A stretch of 64,000 nt of DNA from Styela clava (taxonomy: Eukaryota). Below the pieces are notes generated by a model that did not search any database, was not told where the DNA came from, and saw only the letters and a list, made by a program, of their open reading frames with translations. Made by a program: the position numbers and the translations under genes. Shown piece after piece: positions 43,801-55,020 of the stretch. Position 1 is the stretch's first letter; each line of letters begins with the position of its first letter. The stretch lies in NCBI RefSeq assembly GCF_964204865.1, contig NC_135257.1, forward strand, positions 15,190,001 to 15,254,000, written 5' to 3'.

Positions 43801-45055
43801 ACATACTCGAAGAAAAACTCAACAATCGTGATATGCGAATATGGCTTTGTTTGCTAATCAAAGATAAATAATCATATGGTCCACTCTTAACCGTAAACCA
43901 TCTTGGACTGGAGCACAAAGAGCACTTTTGTCTGCTACGTTATTAAATTAATTAAGTGAATAAACAACCATGGTTACTCCTCTGTTTTACAACAAAAACG
44001 CTGATATAAATCCAATAATAAAATACTCTTAAAGTCACGCCGCTCGAGTTGCAGTTTGGATTTTTTTCTAAATACTCGTGGATGTTTAAAATATAGTTCA
44101 ATATATCTTTACTTGGAAGAAGTAAAATCATTTACACATCTCGTTGTTTATTTTTGGCGGCAAGACGATCTATGTTCGGTACATAATTACACGAAAATTG
44201 TAGAAAAATTATAAAAGTGCATACAGTAAAATGGCTAAATTAAATTTAGCACTTCATCCGTTGTTTCATATTTTTCGAGTGCACTTATCTTACAATATTT
44301 CGCGTGACCAAATTATCTAATAACATTGTAATACTGAACACGCTGTAGCCTGGTGTGACGTGGTTTGGTGAAAAATAGGACAGGGCGAAACTAAAACGTA
44401 GGAGATATAGTGGAATAGTATTGAATCGTATTGTCAAAGGACAGTATCTTCTAGGCTCTTTATAATTTGAACTAATTCGTATTTGAGTTATTTGAATTGG
44501 ACGATAAAAAGATACAAAAATGAAATACCCACAGAAGTAAAATTTTATAATTAAAAAATCAATATCGATATCTACCTATACATGGCAAGAGCTTTCATTT
44601 TCATTGAGAATCAAGTATTCGGTAAATTTGAAGGAATATTGACTGAACTTATCAACACATTAATCGTCATATTAATTCTCTGTTATCGCTTTCTGCAACG
44701 CTAAATTATTTCAATAATTTGTTACTCCCATAAATTCCCGACGCAAAATAATTTCGTCAGCAGTAAATAAAAAAGGTATTGAGATTACTGAGTCAAGAAT
44801 AGGTTATGTTTTATATATTAGCAACAAAATATAAGTTAGAAGAAAGTAAATAATTGGAGGCTGTGGCAATTTTACCAACTTTGTGTAAAGGTATAGTCTG
44901 CTACCCAGAGTCTCTCACGCTCGAAAATATTTTCTTACAGAAGACGTATTTCTCAGTACAAATGTTCCAGATGCAATCGACAGTTAAATTATGTAAGAGG
45001 AGGAAGACATCTAACTAATTCCAATTACGAATCAGAAGAGTGCACATTTGCTTGA
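37821..45055 (+). CDS. Type I membrane protein: signal peptide, CUB domain, linker, partial CCP/Sushi domain, TM helix, short tail (358 aa; in-frame upstream ATG at 37779)
   Basis: Exons 37821-37878, 41026-41124, 41275-41413, 41972-42138, 42220-42375, 42730-42942, 43521-43650, 44941-45055 (1077 nt, phases compatible). CUB: CGRTI..GVIESPGYP..Y..NLRCDWLI..FDYV..FCG..F.TDGSV..SGF. CCP-like: FNVGDIVRITC..ITCLPGGQW...C. TM: IAMLIVTGVACTIYVIFTSYLFVA, followed by QRRR. Confidence 0.85.
38120..38330 (+). mobile_element. Degraded copy of the 53.3-55.0 kb Helentron-like family
   Basis: TCTTCAACCACTGGAAATTTCAAAGCAATTG matches TCTTCAACCACTGAAAATTTCAAAGCAATTG at ~53892 and ~54306. Confidence 0.65.
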
Positions 45056-45483
45056 GGATTTTATATTCCATAGAGTTCAGGTTTGCAAAATATCAAAGTG
45101 TATAATTCCCTATTTACACAGGCTTTATTATAGGAATAGAATAGTCATAGCACTGAATTTCACATTTGGCTATCCTATTTAAGGTGACTGCAAATACATT
45201 TAAAAAAAAATTATAGTCGAATTTTACCGTGAAATAGGAATTATTGGAATTATAAATCTCATGAAGTAGGTTTATCGTTATCAGGATAATTCTAAAACAG
45301 CAAAACTCCATGAAACTCTGAAAGTAATCGTAATAATTCTGGTTGCCTGTGTAACATTATAAATGCAGTTTGTTTCAACAAGAAACTGACTATTTTTATA
45401 AAATAATTAACAACTTTATTTGATTATGCTTATAAATGTAAGTAATAATATTGTAATTTTAAAAAGGCTGAAAACGGGTAAAT

Positions 45484-46611
45484 ATGAACTCCACCACGAC
45501 CCAACCAGACGCCGAAACAGAAGATCAGATTCAATGGTGGTATCCTCTCATCGACCCGACAAAAATGTTTCCAGGCTTACCTCCTGCGATCGCCGTCATT
45601 ATGTATTGTTGCGTTATAGTTGGAGCTGTGATAGCCATGCTTCTTATTATGTGGTTATGCTCAAGTTGTCTTGCCAGAAAAGGCAAAAAGCGCAATGAAA
45701 ATGAACATCTGAAATCATTGAATGGGTCAAAAAGGAGTAATACCATATGGAGTACTTCAGGGTCTGGCAAAATGGCGGGAAAAGACAACGATGCATTTGA
45801 AATGCAAGAGAAAGGAACAGGGGGACAAAAGTATGACACGTTAAAACATTTGGAAACAATGCCGTGGTGGGATTATGTTTCGAATAGGTCTCCTGTCAAC
45901 TGGTATGATTATTATCAGAAAGCAGAAAGAAGAAACCGAACAAAAACTTGCGAAAGAAACAGTTGTCATCCATGGTTAACGCCAGATGACACAGGCCGAG
46001 AACGTAAGATGAAGCGTTCATCACGGTCACAAAAAGAGGCGTATCCTCGAACAAGCGAAATCGATGCAGGATGGGAAAATGTACGTCCAAGAAATATCGA
46101 CGCCGCACATTACTGGCACCCTTCAAAGGCGCTTGATACAAGATATTTTCCGAAATTCCGAATGATTCCCCGTGCAACGTGGACTAACGAGCACCTCTTA
46201 GGTTGCTACAGGCCAAATTGCTACAGCGAAGATTACGGAAATCACAGTCTGGCATCTCTCACATCTACGGATATGCAAATCATGCAGATGATTGCCAGAA
46301 GACGTGACGGATTCATCCGACCAACAAGAGGCGACGTGTTTTATGGTAATTGTTTGGATTCGGTAGTTCCTGTAAAAAAATGTGGACAAATATATATGAA
46401 AAGTCCAACATCGTATAATAATGGAGCCCATAGACAAGCTTTGCCCACACTTAGTTCATATTCTGCAAGGAAAGATCATTCTGTTACATCTACTCCCCTG
46501 CATTCCGATACTCGAGTAGAAAATCCGCCTCCTGAATTTGGCATGGACGATATTCCACCGCCGCCAACTCCACCGCCATATCCTCCACCACCAACGCCTT
46601 TGCGTTCTTAA
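45484..46611 (+). CDS. Intronless 375-aa single-pass type III membrane protein, adaptor-like
   Basis: Longest ORF in the window. N-terminal NST sequon, no signal peptide, TM AIAVIMYCCVIVGAVIAMLLIMWL, juxtamembrane CSSC then ARKGKKR, Tyr/Trp-rich cytoplasmic region, C-terminal polyproline containing PPPY. AATAAA at ~46694. Confidence 0.8.
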   Translation: MNSTTTQPDAETEDQIQWWYPLIDPTKMFPGLPPAIAVIMYCCVIVGAVIAMLLIMWLCSSCLARKGKKRNENEHLKSLNGSKRSNTIWSTSGSGKMAGKDNDAFEMQEKGTGGQKYDTLKHLETMPWWDYVSNRSPVNWYDYYQKAERRNRTKTCERNSCHPWLTPDDTGRERKMKRSSRSQKEAYPRTSEIDAGWENVRPRNIDAAHYWHPSKALDTRYFPKFRMIPRATWTNEHLLGCYRPNCYSEDYGNHSLASLTSTDMQIMQMIARRRDGFIRPTRGDVFYGNCLDSVVPVKKCGQIYMKSPTSYNNGAHRQALPTLSSYSARKDHSVTSTPLHSDTRVENPPPEFGMDDIPPPPTPPPYPPPPTPLRS

Positions 46612-46938
46612 CTCCAGACCGATATTGAACTTCAATAATAGTAAATCTTACAATCGACTTAATTTGCATCATTCGTGTATAAAGCATTCTGAAAATAAAA
46701 ATGTAATAACTCGATAACGTTTTAGTTTTGAAAAACAGTTTCCCATGCGATGAAATATGCTCGAATTATCGTATTTAAACTATGATAGGATAACGAAAAA
46801 ATTGTAATCGCTAGGAAGACCAAGAATTATAAGGAGACGATTCTATTTTGATAATATATATACACTGTTGTTCTGTGAATTGTATTTTGAATTAGAGTTG
46901 TGACCATTGTGAATATTGATTTATAATGTAGGCTACTT

Positions 46939-47345
46939 CAGTGTTCTTCAACTTTTTTCATCACGACCCACTTGGCACAGCCAAATTGTTTTGCAGACCC
47001 CTGACACTAAAATAAAGTAAAATGTAGTAAATATACAACATAATAAAAACCAATAATGAAATTGACAATACCTCTTATGAGACCGATGTGCTTGCATATT
47101 CTCGCACAAAAGATCGAATCTGAGCTCTATTTCGACGATAGTGGGTCTTAATACTGGTTCAAAATCTTTCCAATTTAATAGATATTTTGTTTCAACATAA
47201 GTCAGTGTCGAAAAAGATTTCAGCGTGACCACCAGTTTGAAGAAGAGTCCTGCTCCACTTGATTTGTTATGATTGGTTTGTAGTTGCTTATTATAACTGA
47301 CTCGTCCAAGCTTTGTAAAAAGCCGACCAAAGGTAATAGCATTCT
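46939..47345 (-). mobile_element. hAT Buster/Charlie transposase relic (C-terminus plus terminal repeat)
   Basis: FSTLTYVETKY...FEPVLRPTIVEIELRFDLLCENMQAHRSH resembles the C-terminus of Buster/ZBED5/SCAND3-type transposases. Element end CAGTGTTCTTCAACTTTTTT at 46939. Confidence 0.8.
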
Positions 47346-47754
47346 GACGTGTGACGATCCAGAGTGTTTTATCAAATGTCCTTTGGAAAATGGAAATCAT
47401 AAAAAGAAGCACAACAATTTTAGCTTTTATTTTTTTTTCCAAATACATTTTGAAATATAAAACGCATTCAATATTCCTCATTAAATTTTAAAGGATAGTA
47501 GAGCAGCAACGCCTTTAGGCTTATTCCCTATGAAAGTAAACAATGACAACACCCTAACCAAGAACATGGGGACACGTGTGCTATAAGGTGGGGTGGTATT
47601 TGTCATAGGATTCGATTTGTATAAGTTTCAGGCGATAATCACGTATTATTATATGTATTCCCGTGTGCGTGCATTTGGAACTATTAACTGACTGAGTACA
47701 CTGGGTATAGAGAGGAGACAGCGGTTCGCCTTATACACATTCCATCTTATTAGA

Positions 47755-47960
47755 ATTTTCATATTTATCCCGGAGGAGAGAGAGGCGGACGGGATGGCGA
47801 ATTATGGGTATCGTACCAGTCCATGTCAGATATGGGATTAGTTAACCAATTATCTAAATCAGATGCACGGACCTAATCGTGGAGGAACGAGGAGTCCAGC
47901 AATACTGTCGCAGACAATAATCGTATCTTCAACGGCATGCGAACCCTCCCAAGGTGACTT
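47755..47960 (-). mobile_element. Degraded copy of the tRNA-SINE at 59.6-59.9 kb
   Basis: CATATTTATCCCGGAGGAGAG, CCATGTCAGATATGGGATTA and GAGGAGTCCAGCAAT match 59587-59782. Confidence 0.7.
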
Positions 47961-48253
47961 GAAATGCTATGACAAGCGTGTTCCCAATGACCAGCGCGAT
48001 GCGCCAACCTAGTTTTCTTCTGCTCCGAGACAAATATGTGCATCCTACTTTATTTGTAGAATATTCTCATACTAGAAAAGATAATCCAAACAAACGTTAG
48101 ACAGTCGACAAATTGCTAGACTTATAAAATGTATTTCTAATCGTTTCAAGTCATATAGACTTTTTTCAACGATTCTATTGAAGTATTACATGCGACGGTT
48201 TTTGCCTCTGAAGCAGGGCCATTATTATTACACAAGACATAATAGCTCAGGTC

Positions 48254-48352
48254 GGTGCTCCAGAAGTATGCGCACCAAGATGTCGCACAACCTGAATCTC
48301 AACCGGTACACACACATACTATACTCAGGTTTTGCGCCATCTTAGTGCGCAT
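48254..48352. mobile_element. MITE, same family as 33483-33591
   Basis: CTCCAGAAGTATGCGCACCAAGATG start and GTGCGCAT inverted end. Confidence 0.75.
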
Positions 48353-49506
48353 TCTGTAACTTTTCCTGTGACTTCAACGTCAGTCTTTCCCAGGAACAAG
48401 AATTGTTAATCTGATGTACTTAAATATAACTGTGGGTATATGTTATGGGTATTGGAAAATTATAAATTGATATATTTTAAAGTGAATTTCCATATTAGGG
48501 TTTTGAAAACTGTTGAGAATTGAAATTTCACACTCTCAATACCTTACTTGGTCAATTAGAATAGATTCCGTTTTTTTGTGTTATTCTCAGCAAAATGATA
48601 AGCAACCATTAATATAGATAAAACTGTTGCCCGACAAATTCAAAATTGAATTTGCTCAGGTCGCAAATTCCGAACTATGATGACATGGCTTTGAACTACC
48701 TGAACCCTGCTTCTGTGATTACTAACTCAACAGCTCCAAATCGATTCTATTTATAGAACTAGTGTTTTCTGTCATACCAAATTTGCATTTTTCTCATTGT
48801 GTACTCTCAAAAATGTTACTCCGGATAATAACTTTTTAAGTTATGACCATGCATGAAATGCCTGATCATCTGCCATCAGGAGAGACACCTTTTTAACGCA
48901 AAATGAAGGCGAGAGAAATATTGGGAAACCAGTTATATCGGTGTCGATATATCGGTCAAGCTCTAATTCAGAGTAAAACAGAAACCAGTTTTCAGCAAAT
49001 CCGCAACAAAAAAATTAATTGAAGAATGAGATTTTCTATCTTCATCGCAGAAATAAAAAGTCTCAAAACGATTTGAACGTGAAACTCTTAACTACCTAAC
49101 CATCAAATACGTGCATGCATTGGCTTAGATTCTGGAGAAAGGAAAGCCGTTGAGACAGCTTAATTATATGGCGAACCACGCTTTGGATTTATTTGAGTAG
49201 ATCAAATACTTCATTAATATATCTAAATGAACTAAATCCTTCAGTTATGCGAGTTGCAGGGGAACTATCCAAAATACCATTACTGGCTTTTCTCACATAA
49301 AATCGGCCTTGCTCCATATTATTCGAATTAATTAAAATTAACAGTTAAAATTGGACATTTTTTTTCAAAAACACTGGTTGAAGCAATATCCAAATAAACA
49401 GTGGATTTTTGTATTAGTGGAATAAAACAATCAATTTTTGTTATTCAAATCGATTCATTCTACTATCTTCAACTGTTATGAAGTGAAGTCTATATAATGA
49501 AACAAG

Positions 49507-51334
49507 CTACTGATGATGGCCAGTTTCCAATAACAACTCTTCCATCATTATTGTTCTCGTCTCTTCATTAATAAAAGGTTCATGGAGCCAACATGCCACA
49601 TATGTCATCAGTATATCACGACTAGAGTCTGTGTCTCTGATTTCCCCATTTGACATCAGATCAACATGGGCAATACTTTCCACAATTGCTCTTTTAGCTT
49701 CTAATTCTTCATTGTGCATATCAGAAATTTGTTTGACAGTCTCAAAAAGATTTGAAGCTGGCCATGTCATAAAGTAAATGTCACTTGAGCTGAAATGTGT
49801 ATGAGTAAACAGATTATACTAAAGTGAAAAAAGTCAACTTCTTCTTGTGATTAGGGTTCAATCTTTTTTAAAAGTTATACTGTGGCAGGTATGTGTGTGT
49901 CAGGATGTAATTCTCCATACTCAAGGTATACTCATCAATAAACAGGGCCTCGTTAAACTACCATAATTTAGCTATTATCTATTCTTTATGATATAAATTA
50001 TAATATAACTTTGCTATGATCTGTGCTTGAACTTTGTGATACTGGATAATTGACCATGAGTCCATGACCTTATCCAGCAAAAGCTTGATACCAAAATTGT
50101 ATTCTTTACACAGGGTTAAATTGAGTTCAAATAATCGTGAATGAATACAACTACGCTAAAGGAAAGTTTGTAATGAACAAACGTGAATATCGGTCGGAGA
50201 CCGAAGACTTATCGATCGAAACTGCGGTTTCGATTCATGACTCTATAGTGACACCGCGTGTCCCATCACTAATTAATTAATAACTCGCTACGCTAATTAT
50301 ACGACATAATTCATCCGGCTTCTGGTCCGAGATATGATGAATGCATATGCAAAATTTGGAACAGATTCAACCTCGCTTCTTGAGATATCGTGTTCATATA
50401 ACAGACATACAAACAGACATACAGACAAATACCTATCAACATACTCACCAATCTTAAGATCGATGGGTAATTACAAGAGTGGTGAAAGTAAAATGTACAT
50501 TACAGTATTAAAAGCAAAATATGGAAGTGACAAACTATTATTACCTCTGAGAATTCAATTTTGCTATTTTTTGAAGTTGCACAGTTATTTTGTTCATCTT
50601 GATACATAGATTTTCCATGTTGTCATAAATAATTTTTAAATTTGAACACATGTTCTCCAAACCATTAGGATAACAAGATGCCTCATCATATGCTCTTAAA
50701 AAATATTTTAATACTTAGTGTTAAATCAGTATGTTAATATTATCAAGGTAAAAAAGACTTTTACAAGCTGCCCCTCCAATGTATCCAATAAAGTGAGTGA
50801 GTGGATGAGAGAGTTTTGAGACGGTAATTTTCCATATGATTAAACCACTCTCAAATTTGTATACAGGTGAGGGATAACTTGGGAGTAAGGTCACTGTCTA
50901 CTTTAATCGAAGTGAAATTCCACGAGACTCGTTTTTCGAGTTTATGAAAGGAGACGAGGCCTAAGTTGAGAAAGAAGCGCATGAGGAAGCGTAAGCGGCG
51001 AAAGATACGAGCAAGATCCAAGTAAACAGATCATTCATACAGCCCTCAGTGATTTCAATATACATTGTTTTGTACTTTACTATCTATTAAGTCATCAATA
51101 TCCATACAAACAAAAAATAAAAAATCATTATCAGTTATAATACCTTGATGCTATCTTCAAATTGGCAATATCAGATACTAAATTGAATCCTTTGTTTTTT
51201 AAATTCTCCCATTTTTGTATTACATTGTGTATGTCCGCTACACAATCTTTAATTCTTCTTGGAAAACCAGTCAATTGTCCATGCTTAGGTGTGGTTGACG
51301 TCCTCCTGGTCCTATTTATCTCTGGTGTTGCCAT
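49507..51334 (-). CDS. CINP: Cyclin-dependent kinase 2-interacting protein, 207 aa, 3 exons
   Basis: Exons 51334-51144, 50694-50545, 49789-49507 (624 nt). RRIKDCVADIHNVIQKWE..KGFNLVSDIANLKI, YP.GLE..C, F.TWP, EL..KR.IVE.IAH, YVACWLHEPFI, LLLETGH match CINP motifs as I recall them. Confidence 0.9.
50185..50471 (+). mobile_element. DINE-1/HINE-like non-autonomous element in CINP intron 2
   Basis: ATCGATC near the left end inverted against GATCGAT near the right end; internal (ACAG/ACAT) microsatellite; GCAAAATTTGG core. Confidence 0.5.
50954..51025 (+). pseudogene. RPL41: RPL41 (eL41) processed pseudogene, antisense in CINP intron 1
   Basis: ACG AGG CCT AAG TTG AGA AAG AAG CGC ATG AGG AAG CGT AAG CGG CGA AAG ATA CGA GCA AGA TCC AAG TAA = TRPKLRKKRMRKRKRRKIRARSK*, versus RPL41 [21 protein letters not shown](A/Q)RSK. 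Start codon ATG>ACG, W>L, 2-codon deletion, A-rich tract at ~51105-51124. Confidence 0.85.
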
Positions 51335-53125
51335 CACTTGATTCACTGTTTTTACAAATATTTTTCCTGCCTTTTCGTTTTCTTGATGCTTCTAGAAGTT
51401 CTGCTTCCGTAACTTCCCTACACAAATGACCAATTTTATCATTCTTCCCTATATAATGTACAATGATTTAAATATGTTTAACTTTAATAAATGCATAATT
51501 AAATCTTAATAAATGCATATGTTTATACAAGTATTCCAAATTGCCACATGATATACCTAATATAGAATGTACGACATACTAGAATAAAACATTTTGTCAT
51601 GTCAAGTGTACATTTTACTGATAAACAAGTATTTCAATCACCTCAGAAATACTATATTATGAATCAAGATTTCATGCACCTACGGTAATCCAAACCTACT
51701 GAATCTCTTAGATTTGAAGTCGAATATACTCAGCTATCCAAATACATACAATCCCAAAAATATAACCAATAATCACGAATGTGGGAAATACTGACACTGG
51801 ATTTAGAACCCAAACACAGAACCACTTAAAAAATGACTGTGGCTTTTACTATTAACTTGGGGTTGACAAAATTGAACTTCAACTCAGTCCCCATCTTCAG
51901 GTTGAAGAAAAAATGCTTGCTTTCTTCAATTGTCTGTTGACAATGTTATTAAACTCATTGTTTCTGCAGGGTCTGTTTGAAATTTTGACTTGATATTATC
52001 ATTAATTAAATTCTGACTCAAGCCAATTAAAAAATTTCAACTCTGGGAAGTTTGAAATCAGAGGCGACTCTGAACCCACATTTTGAAATGTAAAAAAGGC
52101 ATTTTTTGTTCATACATAGCAACATACACGCTTCTTAGACCACTAGGATTCGCACCCGCTGACTGTTACCGTCTAACTTGGCAATTAAAAATTTCAGAAC
52201 CTCCTTCGAAAATTCCTGGCTACGAAAGTGTTGGTAATGACGACAACAACCTCAACCAATAGAAACATAACAAACTCAGACTTCACAGAGCTGCTATCAA
52301 TGAACACAGCAAATAATTACCTTTATAATATCACAACTACAAATAGTTAACATCTAGGATTCAATGCAGCTTACTTGTACATGAAATTGTCGAGTTTGTA
52401 CGTGTCAGAAGTTATATTTGCTCGATATTTATTCTCTTCAACTTGTTCTAGTTGGACAACATGCTGTCTCAAAATCACGGAAGAATCTTTCGCAACTTGG
52501 ATTAGTTCTTCTATCCTGTGCAGAAAAGACAAGAGTTATTCGGTAAAAATTCAAAATTAGTACTATTGACAAAGTTATTTTCACAGTGTTGAGACTTCAA
52601 ACCAACTATGAGAAAAACAAATTTTGATTATTAAAATCTTTACTACACAAGCCTTCTTTAATTGTCTGTTGAGAATGCATGGGTAATTTGATGGTTTTTT
52701 AATTTCTATCTATAAGCCCATAAAAAACCTACCTGCCAGTATTTCTGTATTTGACAATATGCTCTTATCCGGGAATTATCATACAGAATTTGGATCATGT
52801 ATGTTAATTTCAATTTAAATTCTGTTTAAGTTAGTACACAAGTTTGCAATTACAGTATGACAGTAGTAGCTCTGTAGGTGGAACAAAGCAAGTGTATAGA
52901 TCAGTGAATAAGATGATAGGTGTGCCAACTATGCAGCGGTGATAAGGGGTAAATAAGAATTTACCATATTTACTTTTTTGGATCTTCCTCAGATTTGTGC
53001 TTTCTGAATTCCTCGTTTATTTTATGTCTGCCTGCATCAAGTGCTTTATTATCTCCTTTAAATACATCCAAGCGAGCTCTGTGTAGACTTTTAAAAGCAC
53101 TTAGTACCTGAGATCGCAAACTCAT
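51312..53125 (-). CDS. LYRM7: Complex III assembly factor LYRM7 (132 aa with exon 3; 98 aa if intron 2 is not spliced)
   Basis: Exons 53125-52974, 52515-52375 and putative 51417-51312. MSLRSQVLSAFKSLHRARLDVFKGDNKALDAGRHKINEEFRKHKSEEDPKKIEELIQVAKD...LRQHVVQ matches LYRM7/MZM1L (LHR variant of the LYR motif, KINEEF). Confidence 0.88.
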
Positions 53126-53313
53126 CACAGCAAGAAAGACAATTGACAATTAAAACAAGAAGCCTTACGGTTCTACAGCAGTGGCGGTAGGCTTGTGTGT
53201 ATGTTTATTTGCCCTAAAAATGTAAAGTCGACAGTATCTGAATAATAAATACAGAAATATACAATATAATGCTATACCAGATCCGAGACCTCAAATCCAT
53301 GCTTCCGAAAACA

Positions 53314-55020
53314 AACAAGAGAGCTGTGCTCAAATATATAGACACGTTAACCAGAGCGAAGCAGTATTTACCTTTGACGCCACCGGTACCCACAAAAAAT
53401 TCCGAGTTTCGCGTAGAAATAATTTACAGAATCAAACCGGACAACCAGTGTTCCCATGGATAAAATAATACAGCGAAATTTTAGACAAAATATCAGATTT
53501 CATGCGAAATTTAGAAATAAATAAAAGTAATAGCCTTCTGGCAAAAAAATCAATCTTTAGTCACTGAAAATTTCAAAGCAATTGGTCTTGTATTCGAAGA
53601 GAAAAGCGATTTTTTGAAAATGATGGAGACAAATAATAACAATAACAACACAAGAGAGCTACGCCCAAATATATGGACACGTCTGTTCGCAGTACAGTAC
53701 GGTTTACCGTACCGTCAGATCACAGTCTACAAATATATTCACTCCAAGCGAAGCAGTACGGTAGGACACAAAATGGCGTCCGATGACCCTGGAACGTTTA
53801 ATGGCGTCATAGCAAACAAAAACAAATCTCACAGAGCTAACATAAATATTTAAATTGAATAAAAGTAATAGCCTTCTGGGGAAAAATTTTATCTTCAACC
53901 ACTGAAAATTTCAAAGCAATTGGTCCAGTATTCGAAGAGAAAAGCGGTTTTTAATATTTCCACTAGGTGTGTTATTCTGTGTAAAACAACAAGAACAACA
54001 TAATAATGTTAACGATCGTTATGTCCACTACGTGTCCAACAAGAGAGCTACGCCCAAATATATGGACACGTCTGTTCGCAGTACAATACGGTTTACCGTA
54101 CCGTCAGATCACAGTCTACAAATATATTCACACCAAGCCGGTGTGTTAGTCGTTGCACCAAGCGAAGCAGTACAGTAGGGCACAAAATGGCGTTCGGTGA
54201 CCGCAGAACGTTTAATGACGTCATAGCAAACAAAAACAGATCTTACAGAGCTAACAGAAATATTTAAAATAAATAAAAGTAATAGCCTTCCGGGGAAAAA
54301 TTTTATCTTCAACCACTGAAAATTTCAAAGCAATTGGTCCAGTTTTCGGAGAGAGAGGCGGTTTTTCAATATTTCCGCTAGGTGTGTTATTCTGTGTTAA
54401 ACAACAAGAACAACATAACATTGAAACGATCGTTATGTCCACTACGTGTCCAACAAGAGAGCTATGCTTACAAGAACAACAACATAATATTGAAACGATC
54501 GTTATGTCCACTTCGTGTCCAATTATGTACAATTATAAATTATTGCTTTATTGGACACGTTTAGTGGCCATAACGATCGTTTCAATATTATGTTGTTGTT
54601 GTTGTTCTTGTTCTTTGACACGTTTTTAAAAAATCGCTTTTCTCTTCGAATACTGGACCAATTGCTTTGAAATTTTCAGTGGTTAAAGATTAATTTCTTC
54701 GCTAGAAGGCTATTACTTTTATTTATTTCAAAATTTTGCGTGAATTCTATGAAATTTGATATTTCGTCTAAAATTTTGCTGTATTATTTTTTGAACACGT
54801 AGTGGACATAACGATCGTTTCAATATTATGTTGTTGTTGTTCTTGTTCTTTGACACGATTTTAGTCAGTGTCATGACTGGCTGTACGTTTTGATTCTGCA
54901 AAATTCTTGCTACTGGAAATTCAGAACTTTTTTGAGGGTACCGGTAGCGTCAAAGGTACCGGTAAAGACTGATTCGCTCTGGTCTAACGTGTCCATATAT
55001 TTGTGCATAGCTCTCTTGTA
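53314..55020. mobile_element. Cluster of Helentron-associated (HINE/DINE-like) elements: head-to-tail units plus inverted units
   Basis: Units start (A)ACAAGAGAGCT at ~53314, 53650, 54038 and 54452. Subterminal inverted repeat GGACACGT (53675-53682) / ACGTGTCC (54030-54037); AACGATCGTT palindrome. Inverted copies at 54550-55020 end in AGCTCTCTTGT. Confidence 0.65.

Noticed and set aside
46948-47481. 177-aa ORF as a host gene
   Set aside because: Degenerate Buster/Charlie transposase tail next to a terminal repeat.
53985-54860. Spaced repeats (AACGATCGTTATGTCCAC) resembling a CRISPR array
   Set aside because: Eukaryotic context, no cas genes, irregular spacing and non-unique spacers; explained as ends of Helentron-like units.
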